Assembly (NCBI GenBank): GCA_029953675.1
Contig: JAMWBK010000005.1
Span: 186,001-250,000 of the forward strand
Length of the DNA: 64,000 bases
From: Rhodosorus marinus CCMP1338
Taxonomy: Eukaryota > Plantae > Rhodophyta
Direction: 5' to 3'
This document shows, piece after piece, positions 21,801 to 33,900 of this stretch (position 1 is the stretch's first letter; the number at the start of each line of letters is the position of its first letter). The position numbers and the translations under genes are program-made. The notes under the pieces were generated by a model, which searched no databases, had not been told where the DNA came from, and worked only from the letters and a program-made list of their open reading frames with translations.

Positions 21801-24800
21801 CTTTTCCCTGCCGGGGACTCCAACGTGCACTATCTACCTAGAACACCACCGGTATTTCAGCTCTTAAGTACGAAGATACGATGCCTTCTGCGACTTCTTG
21901 ACGAATTTGAGTCGAAGTCTAAGCGTTGTATGGTCGTCACAAGAATACCTGGTATGGACGAGCTGCTTGAGCGCTTCTTTGCGGCTTCAAGAATCTCTTA
22001 CGAGACAATCGACGCATCTATGTCAGCTAGAGAGCTAGAAGACGTTGTAGAGAGGGTCAACAACGTTGGCCCGCGATGTTTATTGTATGCGGCTGATTTC
22101 CCAAAGTGGTTTCACGAGGTAGCTGTTCGAAACACGACGGAGATAGTCTTGATGGATGGCCCGGACACTGGGGCCTTTGTCCATTCCATCGTTTCCATGC
22201 TGGACTGGTCTGGAGTGGGCAACGAAATCACTGTACATTCATTGACCGTGAAGGACACCGTGGAAGATAGAAGGATTTCTGAGGCACAGGACCTGAAGCC
22301 CAGTCTCTTTTCACAGCTTACTCGTCGCGCAGACGATATTTGCTCTTCGGTTGCGTCAACGCTGAACGTGGATGCGGAAGTCTTGAGGCTTAGTTTGCAA
22401 TCGCTTGATCATGGTGTCTACGAGAAGCGCTTCATTGACAATGAGAATGTTTGGGGAGCTTATCGCAGGGACTTTGCTGCCTTTGAGTCGCCACCGATGG
22501 AAATCGATTTTTCGCTGCAGTCGGCCGAAGATTGTGTGGAGCCCAATCAAATTGAGAGGTACCTCAAGCGAGTTCTGCTACTGATGACCACTTCCGAGGA
22601 ATACGGCTGGAGCCCTGGTTCCGCGAAGATCGTTGACAAACAGCAAAAATCAGACTGGGGAATAGTTTTTGACTATTTGAAGTCCTTAACATCAGCCACG
22701 ACGACGAATACGAATCAGAACTTGCAGTACGCTGCACCGCCTCTGTTTTACACGATTCAGAAGACTGCGGAAGGAATGGAACAGCTGAGACGAGCGCTTT
22801 CGCGGGAGGAAGAGGAGTTTCGTGTTTACAGCGCTCCTCGTAGCTCTGGTAGTGATGAGCTCTTGTTTACACCCTTTGGAGGGACCTGGTCAGCCGTGGA
22901 GTCCGCCGAAGACCTCGGATTCTTTCCTCATGCCTACCATAGACTTGCAAGGACGAATCGAGTTACACGCAGGCAGAAAGAGACCAGTGCTGCTCGCTTA
23001 AAGGCAGAGCAGCAAGAGAAGGCTTCTGCGGAGCTGAAATTGTCGGACGCAATGAAAAATCCGATAAAGACCAAGGGGCAAAATGACTCGTCCGATGTTA
23101 AACTCGGCACTGCCAAAGGTAATGCGTTTGTGGCCCTATGCGGAACTGGACCACGAACTTGGAGATCATTGCTGACAGCTGGTTTTTCCAAACATATCTC
23201 CACTCAAGGTCATCTAGGCGCAATCTCCAGAAAACAAGTTCGAAAGTCCAAGACGAAGAAGGACAAAGGAATTGCTTTGGACTCCTCGGGGCTCGGGGCA
23301 CTCTCTAGGGAGCAATATGGTGAGGGAACCTCTGCGTTGGAAGGGCGGTCATCTGTCTCGCATGCCTCACTTGATCAAACCCTAGCCGGACGGAAATCTG
23401 TAGCTGAGCTGTCGTCAGAGGCTATGGAGCCTGTCGTACCCTGGACTCCGGAGGAAGATGCTGAAATCCTACTCGCCTGCGCGAAGTTGGGTTTGAACAA
23501 TGCGCTGCTGTGGGATTGGATGAGGCTGGCGCCCAGTTTCCACGCAGGCTGCCGCCAGTACAGATCACCACGACTGTACGCCGAACGGTACAAGCTGCTA
23601 GCGGGTAGAAAAGTGCAACCGTCAAACACCAACACGCCTGAGCAAGAGGTAGGTGGTGAAGCCTTTGTTGCTAATTCGATCACTTTCGATGAAGAGTAAG
23701 TGCTGACTCCTTTCTCATGCCTCTCCGCTGACTTCGAAATGAAGATCGTCTCCCTGCATCTTGACTCGATACTGAACAACGTCGAGAAAGGGAAAAGAAA
23801 AAAGAGTACCTCGGCGGCAATTGGGGGACAACCACACCCCTCTCAAGCAGCTGCGGCTGCCGCTGTGAAATTTTTGCCGGACAGAATTCCTGGACCATGG
23901 GAAATTGTGCAGCGGTTCAAGCCGTCGCAATCACACGTTCCTGGTCGGAAAGTCGAAGCTGCTGTGAGCAGAAAACGTCCGTTTCTATTTATGAGTTCGT
24001 ATCAAACCGAAACTCGAGGAGTTGGCGGAAACGCTGCAGTAGGCAGCCGCCCAGGTAGGAATTGCGTCCACTGCATGGCTGATCCAGAGACAGCACCAGA
24101 TTCGCCTTGTCCCAAACTTTCCAAGTCAGCGAGAATCCTGGGACGTCTTGCTAAGCTAGACCTCTGCTATTGACTCTTGTGGTTGTTCTAGTCACTAATG
24201 CCAATTCACACACGGCAGCATCCGGAAGCTCCGAGAGAACAGCTTCAGGTAAATCTGTGACAACGTTAGGAGCCTCAGTACCTCTTGCTGAATTTCTTCA
24301 CCGGCATCGCGTTTTTGGGAAATCATTTAGGAGTTGTGCAGGCACGAGCCCAAGCAACTGGAAAGAGAAGAAAAAAGGCCTCGAAGATGACAGCATCTGA
24401 TACCCGAGCGTTAGCTACCGGACAATCTCAGCCGGATTTAGCATCCGCTGCTGGCATGGGAGCCAGGCGAGGAATGCAACCAGCCTCGATTAGTCCGAAT
24501 TCGAATCAAGGGGTCCTCAAACACGACGTTGGCGTGGGTGGCTTTCAAGGTTATACCGGCGGTGGCATGATGGGTCTCAATCCTAAGGCCGTGCAATCCG
24601 TGCCCCAGCAATCGACGCCCTTCGGATCAGTTGGCATAGAAACCCATAGAGTTGGGACGTGGGGAACGGTGGGGGATTCCACCCCGATGACGAAAGGCAA
24701 TGCCAGTGGCCGAAGTGTGACTGGCAGTCGGGGAGCTGGCGGGCATGGTTCTTCAACGGCTACACGAGGAAGCTCTCGGGGACGCGGAGGATCTCGGGGG

Positions 24801-25280
24801 GGTACCAATCAGCGGGGAGGAGGGTCGCGCTCAGCTGTACATAGCGGACAAAATAAGGGAAAACCGGCTCTTCCGCAGGCTGCTAATAGTGCCGATCGTA
24901 TGCAATCGCTTTCGATGCAGCGATTTACGGCAGTCGGGAGAGGAGCGAACTTGCCCCATATCGGAGTAGGTGCAGGAAGGGCCATGGCGCAAATGGGAGC
25001 TGGAGGACCCCAGCAGACTTTTTTGCAAGGCCGGGGGGGTGGTTTGCAGGTCAACCACGGTTCCCTTGGAAAACCAGCAGTTGATCGGAATAAGAAAGCA
25101 CCTGTCGATCGTGGCGGGACACCTCAGCCTTTGGAAGCTGACCGAACGCCCGTGAGAGGTTCGAATGCACAGGCAGATGACAGTCGCAGTACCCACGGTG
25201 CGCTGAGTACTGGTGAAGGTCGTCCATCCAGCAAGGGAGGAAGTATCTCTCCGGGAAAACCGGTTGAAAACGATGATTAG
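18807..25280 (+). CDS. SWR1/EP400/PIE1-family protein: HSA domain, degenerate SNF2-like ATPase lobes, SANT/Myb domain, Gly/Arg-rich tail; multi-exon
   Basis: HSA: [25 protein letters not shown]. SNF2-like: WGPHLIVVP, WDLVVLDESQ, LRRACSHPFL, KIRCLLRLL...RCMVVTRIPGMDELLERF. SANT: PWTPEEDAEIL...QYRSPRLYAERYKLL. 3' exon boundaries are uncertain. Confidence 0.82.
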
Positions 25281-26664
25281 CCGAAGTTACTCAAGAGACC
25301 ATCACATATTAAGGGTAGCTCTATAGTGGAAAATTTCCGCTGGTGGTGGGCAAGGGAGTCGCGCATCGCTGAACTCTCAGCAAACAGGGCGTGGGGACAG
25401 GATGGACGCGATGTTAGGAGGTAGTACATTGGCTTTGCCTTTCTACCTATATGATGGAAGTTCTGAGGCCTCTTCGAGGGCGGCTTGAGCAACTGTATTC
25501 TGTAAACAATGTAAATAGATGATTTCTTACTAAAAGGTGCCCGTTTAACTAAGCCGGAGCTCGTTTCGTTGAGCGAGAGAGTCAACGGAGGCGAAAGGCC
25601 TAAGGCCCCTACAGCCGTTCGGCCACCCCGTGTTTTAACAGCATCGTGTAAAGAATGGCTTCCGTACTTTTTTCTGGAAACAGGCATTGCTTAGTGGGTT
25701 AGCAAAAATATTCCGCTTTCAGGACAGGTAGCGTGCGATACACGCACCCCGTCCCACATCGAAGTGGAGACCCGGAGTCATCATCAAAAAGCCAAATCTG
25801 GTAAAAATCATTCTCCTGGTGGAGGGACAGCTGTCCCAAATCGAACGGGTATTCTGACTGGAGCCTGAAGTCGTTACCAACATTTATGCTAGTCTCATAT
25901 CCACCCCTGTGATGATGTGGAAACGAATTCGGCCAAAACATCTAGATACGAATTGCTTCTTGTCGCAAGGGGATCCCCTGCAACTGGGACCCCCCCCTCC
26001 CCAACGTGGTTCAGAAACATATATTTGAGGGTTATACTTCAGTTTTTGAAAATTCTATTCGTTTTCTGAAATCGTGACAAGCCACCTTTCTGTTACATGT
26101 TCATGTCTGAAATTCCCCCCAAAACGAAACTACTGCAATAGCAAATTTGAGGCGTAGGGGGGAGGGGGAGATTTGACAGACCAGCAATTTCAAGGAGGTA
26201 ATTCAAAGTCACACTTTTCTCCCCTGCCCCTACACAAAACGCGTACTCAATCGATATACTAGAATATTTAGCTCCCGACCCGGCCTTGCTAGGGATTGCT
26301 TTGAGGGATACGAGGCTTGAACACATTCCCGCGACATTTGAACCTAGACGATTATTCCTCCAAAAACCATCATTGTCGCAGCTTAATGCTTGGAAAGTTG
26401 ATCCTGGTTGGGGGGGGGGGAACACAGGAAGCGTTTGAGGGAGATAAGCTCGTTTGAAGGAGGTAATGGAGCAATCTGGGATTCGTGTGTGGTTGGGTAT
26501 GGATGGGGTTGGGGAGTTGTGAATTAAGAATCTGAGGACCGTGGAGAAAGGAGAAGGATTCGGTAGTCCGCGGTACTTTCCAGAAGTGGTTTGGGGAATA
26601 TAGGGCGGAAATACCGTTCTGCTGTGTTTGCTCTTTGTACGGCTGCAGAAATTGATTCTGGACG

Positions 26665-29600
26665 ATGGCTGCCCGTGCCTTCTCCAGGTCATCATTCTCG
26701 AGGTCGAGATCGATCAAATCATATGGCTCGGAGGCAATCGATAAGCTCACTATCTTGAGGGATTTGCCGAAATCACGGTATGCGACCAGACCAGCAATCG
26801 TGGTCATTCCGCCACCCGGCTCGACCGCAAAGCCGCGGCAGTTCTCTCACATTGACATTTTCAAGATGGTGGAGAACGTTGCACATAGTTTGCGAGAGAA
26901 TGGTGTGCGCCCAAAAACAAAGGTTGTAACCGTGTTGCCACCCAATCTCGACGGAATCGTAGCCTTCTTTGCTTTGCAATGGGTGAACGCGGTAACCATC
27001 GCGTTGCAGCCCGATATGAGCGTGGAGACAATGCTTGAGCGTGTGAAAAGCAGCGGTGCTGAAATCGTTATAACCTCAGACGTTATAGAAGACGAGCGAG
27101 AGGCAAACGAGGTTTACCAAAAGGTGGTTCGCTTGAACTCTGAACTAAACGCGCTTGCTTGGCATGTCAGCTACAATAACATCTCAGGAGTTGAGCTTAA
27201 GACAGGCGGCAAATCGTTCGGGGTTCCTGCGTGGCGAGGGGGTTACAAGGACTTCACTGTAGAACCAACAGAGTTGTCCGTGTATACATTCTCTCCAGGC
27301 GCGGGCACAGATACGACTTTGGCCATAGGTCTTACACATGAAAACATCACCGCAGCAGCGAAAGCCTTCGTTGCTGCCTACGAACTGTTCGACGGTGAAG
27401 AGATGGTCATGGAAAGCAATTCCAGGACCGTTTTGACGTCAGACTTTAGCAGTGTGCAGGGAATATTGACTCTTGTCAGTTCCTTCTACGCGGGAGGCTC
27501 CTTGATTATGTATGAAAATGGCGAGTTTCGGCCAACCGAGTTCTGGGACCTTGCGCTAGCGCATGAGTTGACGTGGGTCAGCGTCAACCAAACTCAATTC
27601 AAAGTGCTGTACCACAAGAGAAAGGAAGGGGTTGTTCCGAGCAAGCTGAAATATATTAGAATATGCGATGACGATTTCCAGGACACAGCCGAGCAGCTCT
27701 CATACGAGAAAGTTCTTGGCTGTCACATTTTGGAGTCTTATGGTCCACCGGAGGCGTCTGGAATCGTCACCACTGAGGTTTTTAGTGAGGAGGTGCGAGG
27801 TACTCTAGGTGCAGCCGTGTTGGGATGTGAAGTAGCCGTCTTCGCCGCGGACAAGTCCAGACTAGAACAAGACGAGGAGGGCGATGTTGCTGTTCGTGGC
27901 TTGAGCGTTACATCCGGGTTCTTGAACGACGAGGAGGAGACAGCGTCGAGCATAATCACCATTAAGACAGCATTGGGAGACTCGACTTGGTTCCTGACCG
28001 GAGACAGGGGGAAAGTGGACGAGAGCGGGAGGCTTATCCTAACTGGCAGTGTACGAGGGGCGAGGGCCCAAGCTCGATTGCGGAGGGATGTGGAAGCCTC
28101 ATTCGAAGACTTGCCGCCAGAAGTAGAGGAGACAAAGGACTTAACTGGTGCTCCAGTTGCAGTCGCGAACGCGGTGGCAGCGGGTGCTGGTGCGACAGCG
28201 GTGCTAGCGAAGCCGGCTGACGACGCGAACAATGAGGGGAGACAGATTCGACGGCTGACTGAGGATGACATAAAGAAGGTCGGGCCAGATTGGTGCATTG
28301 TAACGCCGTTTCTCGGTATTCCAGCTGAAGATGACGATGTAGAAGAGAAGGTCGTTCTGATGAGGCGTGTATCGTCGGATGAGGTTGTTGAGATCTCGGA
28401 TCTCCCTGATTCAGTACCCTTGTCAAGTGGCCAGAACGATTCCTCGCAGAGTGCAAACATTGCCGCAGCTGAAGCTGCCGCAACGGCTGCCGCTGCAACA
28501 GCAGCTGCCAACGCAGCAGCAAGATCACAGGCAGACGGGCAGGTTACAAAGAAGATAGTCAAATTCGGCGGTGTTACTTACGAATATTTCTATACTCATG
28601 AAGACGAGGAGGAGATGTTGATGGAGCTCCTTGGCGATGACCATGAAGGCTCAGAGAAGAAGCGCTCTGTGAAGCTTCCACCAAAGTACCAAGGGGGATA
28701 CTTCACTGAAGAAGCAGACGAGAACGATAGGATTCAAGTAAGGATAATGACCACAGGGGAGGCAACCCAGTTTCGCAGGAAATTGGAACATGAGTTTGCC
28801 GCAAAATTGGAGGAGGAGAAGGGCAGAATGCGTACAGAATACGACGCTCTTCTTGCAGCGGCACTAGTTGAACAAGACTCCCAGTTTCAGCAAGTTTTTA
28901 CGGAGCAGAGCAAGAGTGTGCAAGAGGAGTACAACAGGAAATTTGACGAGGAGTCTCAGCAACAACTAGTTGAAGTTCAGAAGCGGTTGATAGAAGAATC
29001 GAAAGCCCGAAAGGAGATCTACGAACAGCTTTTGAGCGAGAACGGAGAGAAGGAGTTTTCGCAGGCGGAGAATACGCTACAAAGCAAAAGAGAGAAGGAT
29101 AGAACAGAGGTATTGGACCAATTAACTGCAATGAAGGGTGAGCTCACATTCGGAGTGTCATCTTACTTTAAGGGCGTGGATAATATGGATGATGTGGAAG
29201 CTTCAAAAGGGGGCGTATCTCGCTTCGATCGGACTGGAGACGCGAAGAAACCAGCTTTGCTGATGCTCATCAACGACCCTGAAAAAGTTCGTGACTCTCG
29301 GCCAGAACTCGACGCAGAGTTTCTGAAAAGAATGCAAGAAGCGAAGGAAGAGGAGAGCAGACTGTGGCGCGCTAGCGTAGTTGCCGACCTAAACAAGTCC
29401 GCGTTCTCGGTAATTCGGGACATTGAGGACAGGCACGCCATGGACCAAATGAGCTATGCAAAAATGCTGGAGAAGATTGAAGGGTTAAAGAAGACGCAGA
29501 GCGAGATGGAAGAGAACCTCTCATTGGCGAAGCAAGTTGAGGTGGACCGCGCCCGCGAGCTCGGTGAAGCATTAGCCGAGGAAAGAAAGAACATGGGAGC

Positions 29601-30444
29601 GCTCTCAGGTCGACTGGAAGTCGAAGCCATGGCGTCGAGAACTGAACCAGCGATCGCGACCACGAAGACGGACACTCTGGAAACGGCCATATCGGATACT
29701 ACCACCAGTGCCCATCAAACCAGCAAAGCAGCGTCAGAGACTGTGGCTTCGGTCCAAACCATGACGGTGGCCAGCGACAAGGCAATAGTTCAGGCAAGGA
29801 CGGCCTCAACAGCCGCCACAACCGGGTCTGACGCGACGGTTCGAGCTGCGGATGTTGTCAAGTTAGCGGCAAACCGTCAACCCGAGATGAAGGAGACTGT
29901 ACTTCGCGAAGTACTCCCTGGAGACGTTGTTGGTGAAAGGTTCAAGAAGAGAACCATTTCTGTGGATCTTCGATCTATTGACGAGGCCCTCAAGGCACAT
30001 CCTAGCGTTGCCGATGCGAGGGCCTTCACCACTCCAAATCGGAAGTCCACCTTCGATATTAGCGCTGTGGTCCAGTTGAAGGAAGGTATGCTATTTGCTC
30101 GCCCAACTGACCCGTCATTTTTTAGTGCATGCACCATTACCATGTTTTACAACCACTCATTGACGAACTCCTGTTCTCTTTGGTGACGCTTCGTGGTTGC
30201 AGGGGCTCGAGCGAGCGAGGCTTGGCTGAAACAGCACGCTTTGAATACCTTGCCAGTCGCTTCTGTACCTACTCGGTTCTTCTATACGACTACTTCGATT
30301 CCTCCGGGGAGGAAACAATTGGCCTGGAACCCTGATCTGCAGTTGTTCACAAATATCGCGGGTGAATCTCAAGCATACATTCCACCCAAGAGAGTGGAAA
30401 GAGCAGAGATCCACCCCGCCGAAACGCCGCAGGCCACGGCATGA
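26665..30444 (+). CDS. AMP-binding (ANL superfamily, AAE3/Pcs60 oxalate-CoA-ligase-like) protein with a ~630-aa insertion; probable pseudoenzyme, about 1220 aa
   Basis: Exons 26665-30085 and 30203-30444 (intron 30086-30202, in frame). The N-domain has LTHENI, ILESYGPPEASG and WFLTGDRGKVDESGRLILTG. The small C-subdomain SIDEALKAHPSVADARAF...AVVQLKEG...WLKQHALNTLPVASVPTRFF only resumes at about 29950. Confidence 0.85.
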
Positions 30445-30976
30445 TGGTGTGATTGTGTATCGGTGTATGATGCGCTTTCTGCTTTCGAAAGAGGAGCATT
30501 TCCTTGTTTTAAGTGTATACGCTTGAATTTTTGGGTTAGATTTTGGTTCTCGGATAAATCGATGCGTTCGGTGGATGGAGGTCAATGGAACTGCTGCTGC
30601 CATGCCTTTCGAGCAGTGAGGCCGTCTGTGAACCCCAGACAGGGAGGACGCCCTAGCGATGGTACGCCATGCATGAGACCGCCGTGCATGAAACGAGAGG
30701 AACAAGGAGAAACAGCACAATTTGAGCATCCCACGTGTTACTGCTAGCAATCCCTTTCATGTCATGTGGCAATTGTGACTAAGGCATTCCCACGGCCTTC
30801 CGCGCAAACAAGGCCGGTTCAGCTCGAGACTATGATTGCGGTGCATGCTCGACCGATCAGAAGGCCCCAATGGGGGCACTGAAGGATGTACATAGCTTGG
30901 GGTACAGTTTGCTTGGCAAAAGTGTAAGAACAGGCTAATTTTCATGGGGAATAAACTGCTATGATAGTCGTTTTAC

Positions 30977-33900
30977 TCAAATGGTCAACTCCTGATCGAT
31001 TCCAACAAAACTATCAGACATTATGTACAAACGGAGCTTAGCTACATTTTCGATCCTGCTCGATAACAACAGGTGCGTCCGATGGACCCCGTGATCCAAC
31101 TTTCGTGGGAGACGCTTAATCGCATAAAGCTCATCTGCAAGAGGATCGCCCAGAACGAGATACCATGAATCTTTGACAGTCATTTCCTTGCGTGACGTAA
31201 AGGACGTAGAAACTTCAACTCCCTTTGCGTCCTCTTGCAATCGAGTTTTCACAGTTGGTATCGAGATCCGACTCCTAAACAGCATGACCTAAGAGAAAAA
31301 GAAGAACCTCATATATTAGCTCCAGCCATTCAGAAGAACAAGGTGAGTGTTCCTTTCCGTACCTGATCAATGCTTTCGCGGGGGATCTTCCTCTTACGCA
31401 ACTCCTTCTCCAGCTCTGCCGCCGGATAAAACAAGAGTTCGGGAACACAGACAATACCAATCTTCAGGAACGCTTGGCGTACGCGATCGCGATGCGACTT
31501 GTTGACGAAACCCAGTGGAAGAGGACTTTCCGAAGCCCACTCGCTCTGTGTTAACTGCTGCGCCAAGTGAACACATCTCAGCGTAGTATGTAGCATGCCG
31601 CTTTCAGCAGCTACATCCATCATCCCCTGCAACACTCGATACATGTTGTCTTGGACGATATTTGTTCCATAGTCTACGGTCGGTAAAGGAAGTCGCGAGA
31701 TCTGCGCAACAAGAAGGAGACGAGTTTTGACATGTGGGGAAAACCAGTCCGGGACAGGGCTCTTTGGAAGGAGCTCTTCCGCGGGGGCGTCGCGGTCAAC
31801 GAAGTTTTGATACATATCCATCCACAACTCCTCCGCTAGACGATCTTCATTGTGGCGGACGGGAACCTCAGCGAACTCGTCAGCATCAGCCAGCAAGTTG
31901 AGCAGGGCCCCATCTCCGATCGACCTGGACAGCCTCCCTGAGAAGTGGTGCATCGTCCTGTGAGAGAGATAATAGTACGCTGCAATATGCCCAAGAGGTA
32001 GTGGGCGAAGCAGGAAAGTTTCCGCCCCCGCACAGGAGCGGCTCTGCTTTGGATTCGCGATGTGCATCTCCTGTACAATTGAAGAATGCTTGTTTGAAAC
32101 CCCAGGTTCCAGCGAGCGTACTTTCTGTGCCTCTTCCAGTACTGAGAAGGGCTCAACTACTGCGATACACCCAGCAGCCACCAGCTTGTGCAGAACCGTT
32201 TCCACCAAGTTTGACAAAAAAGTCGAAATCGAAGAAGCTGATGGCTTCTCCAAACCGTAGAAAGAAGGGTTCATAAGCAGCCGACGGAAGAAATATGTCC
32301 AAGTTAAATAGTCCATCGCATCTTGTGTTGTTCTAATCGTCTCGCTCGCAATCTCCGCATTAATATGATCAGCCAACTGAGCTGGGAGCGATGATTCAAC
32401 CGGGAAAGCCTCATACAGGAACTTCTTGTAGAAGCCCTTTCGAGGTTCGTGCACTAGCAGGACGGCGAATGCGCGATCATCGAATTGGGGACGCCCAGCT
32501 CTCCCAATCATCTGAAGAACGTCGGTGAGAGGCATATCAACGTATCTGTGCTGTTTTGCGTCGAAGAATTCAGTTCCTTTCAGCACTACCAAGTGCGCTG
32601 GGAGGTTCACCCCCCACGCGAGCGTACTCGTGCTTATCAGAACTTGAATCTCGGCAGACGCAAACAACGCTTCCACAGTGGCACGATCGGACTCTGCCAG
32701 ACCAGCGTGGTGCATCCCTACTCCAAACTCCAGGGTCTGTCTTAGTGATTCGTCCTTCACCGAGGGAAGAATTCCTTCCAACGTGCTCTCGTTTGCTGAT
32801 CTACCTTGAGCCAAGAATCGCCTTGGGGACCCGTCAGCAGCGGCGAACTTAACCAGGTCCATCGCCGTGAGCCTGGTCTGCCTTCTTGAAGAGACAAAAA
32901 TCAGGCAAGGCTTGTCTGGAGAGTATCTCAAAATTGCCGCGTAGCTCGGGCGATTCATGGCCATCATTCTCGGACAGTAGTGATCACCGGACACCCCTTG
33001 TATATGTACCTCACAAGGGACTGGCCTCACCGAAGGACGGAAATTGAACAGTGATTCTCCAGGGCGAACTCCGATCCAATCGCCTAGCTCGCCTGGATTC
33101 GCCAGCGCTGTCGATAAAGCAACAATCCGAACAGATGAATCCAGCCTCCGAGCCCTGGAAACAAGCACTTCAAGAACGGCTCCCCTCTCGGAGCACAGGA
33201 GATGAACCTCATCAATGATCAATAGGGAAACGCGGCTTACATAAGCCCGTTGTCTCCAACCTCGAGTAACGCCGTCCCACTTCTCAGGTGTCGTTACTAC
33301 AACATCCGCTCTGCCTAGCTCAGATGCGCTGCTTTGTGCGTCTCCAGTTAGCTCCACCACTCGCTTTCCGAGTTTCCGCGAGAGGCGGTTCTTCCAGTCC
33401 TTAACACGCTCTCGGACTAGAGCCTTAAGGGGCGCGACGTAGACAACAAGGTCCTTCGGGCGAACTCGAAAGGCCCTCAGAGCAGCCAACTCCGCAGTTA
33501 CAGTCTTCCCTGATCCAGTTGGAGCCCCAACAAGCACGTTGCTGTCCGTGTGGTACAAAGTCCAAAACATCTGAGTTTGCAGAGCGTTAAAGTATTCAAA
33601 CGAGTACAGCGATAACACCGCTGGATCAGTGCCCAACGCGCTCTTCGGCAGAGGTCGCAGATCCAGTAAATCAGTGCTTATTGGATGCTGCTGCGGGAGA
33701 GTAACGCCTGCAAGAGACAATGTCACGGCTGTCCCCGCTCCGTGCCACCTCTCGGACTCAACGCTCACAACGTAGTGAGAAGACGGTGGGTCAAAAACCG
33801 GGACCATCAGCACCAGCGACAGTGGGTTCAGCTCGCTCAAATCCTTACACTGCCTCCGGGAAAGGCTAATGCGCTCAGTGTGGTATATTCTGTCATGCTC

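Noticed and set aside
25277-25941. Minus-strand ORFs, one with its stop overlapping the stop at 25278-25280
   Set aside because: No recognisable domain; the overlap is compatible with chance.
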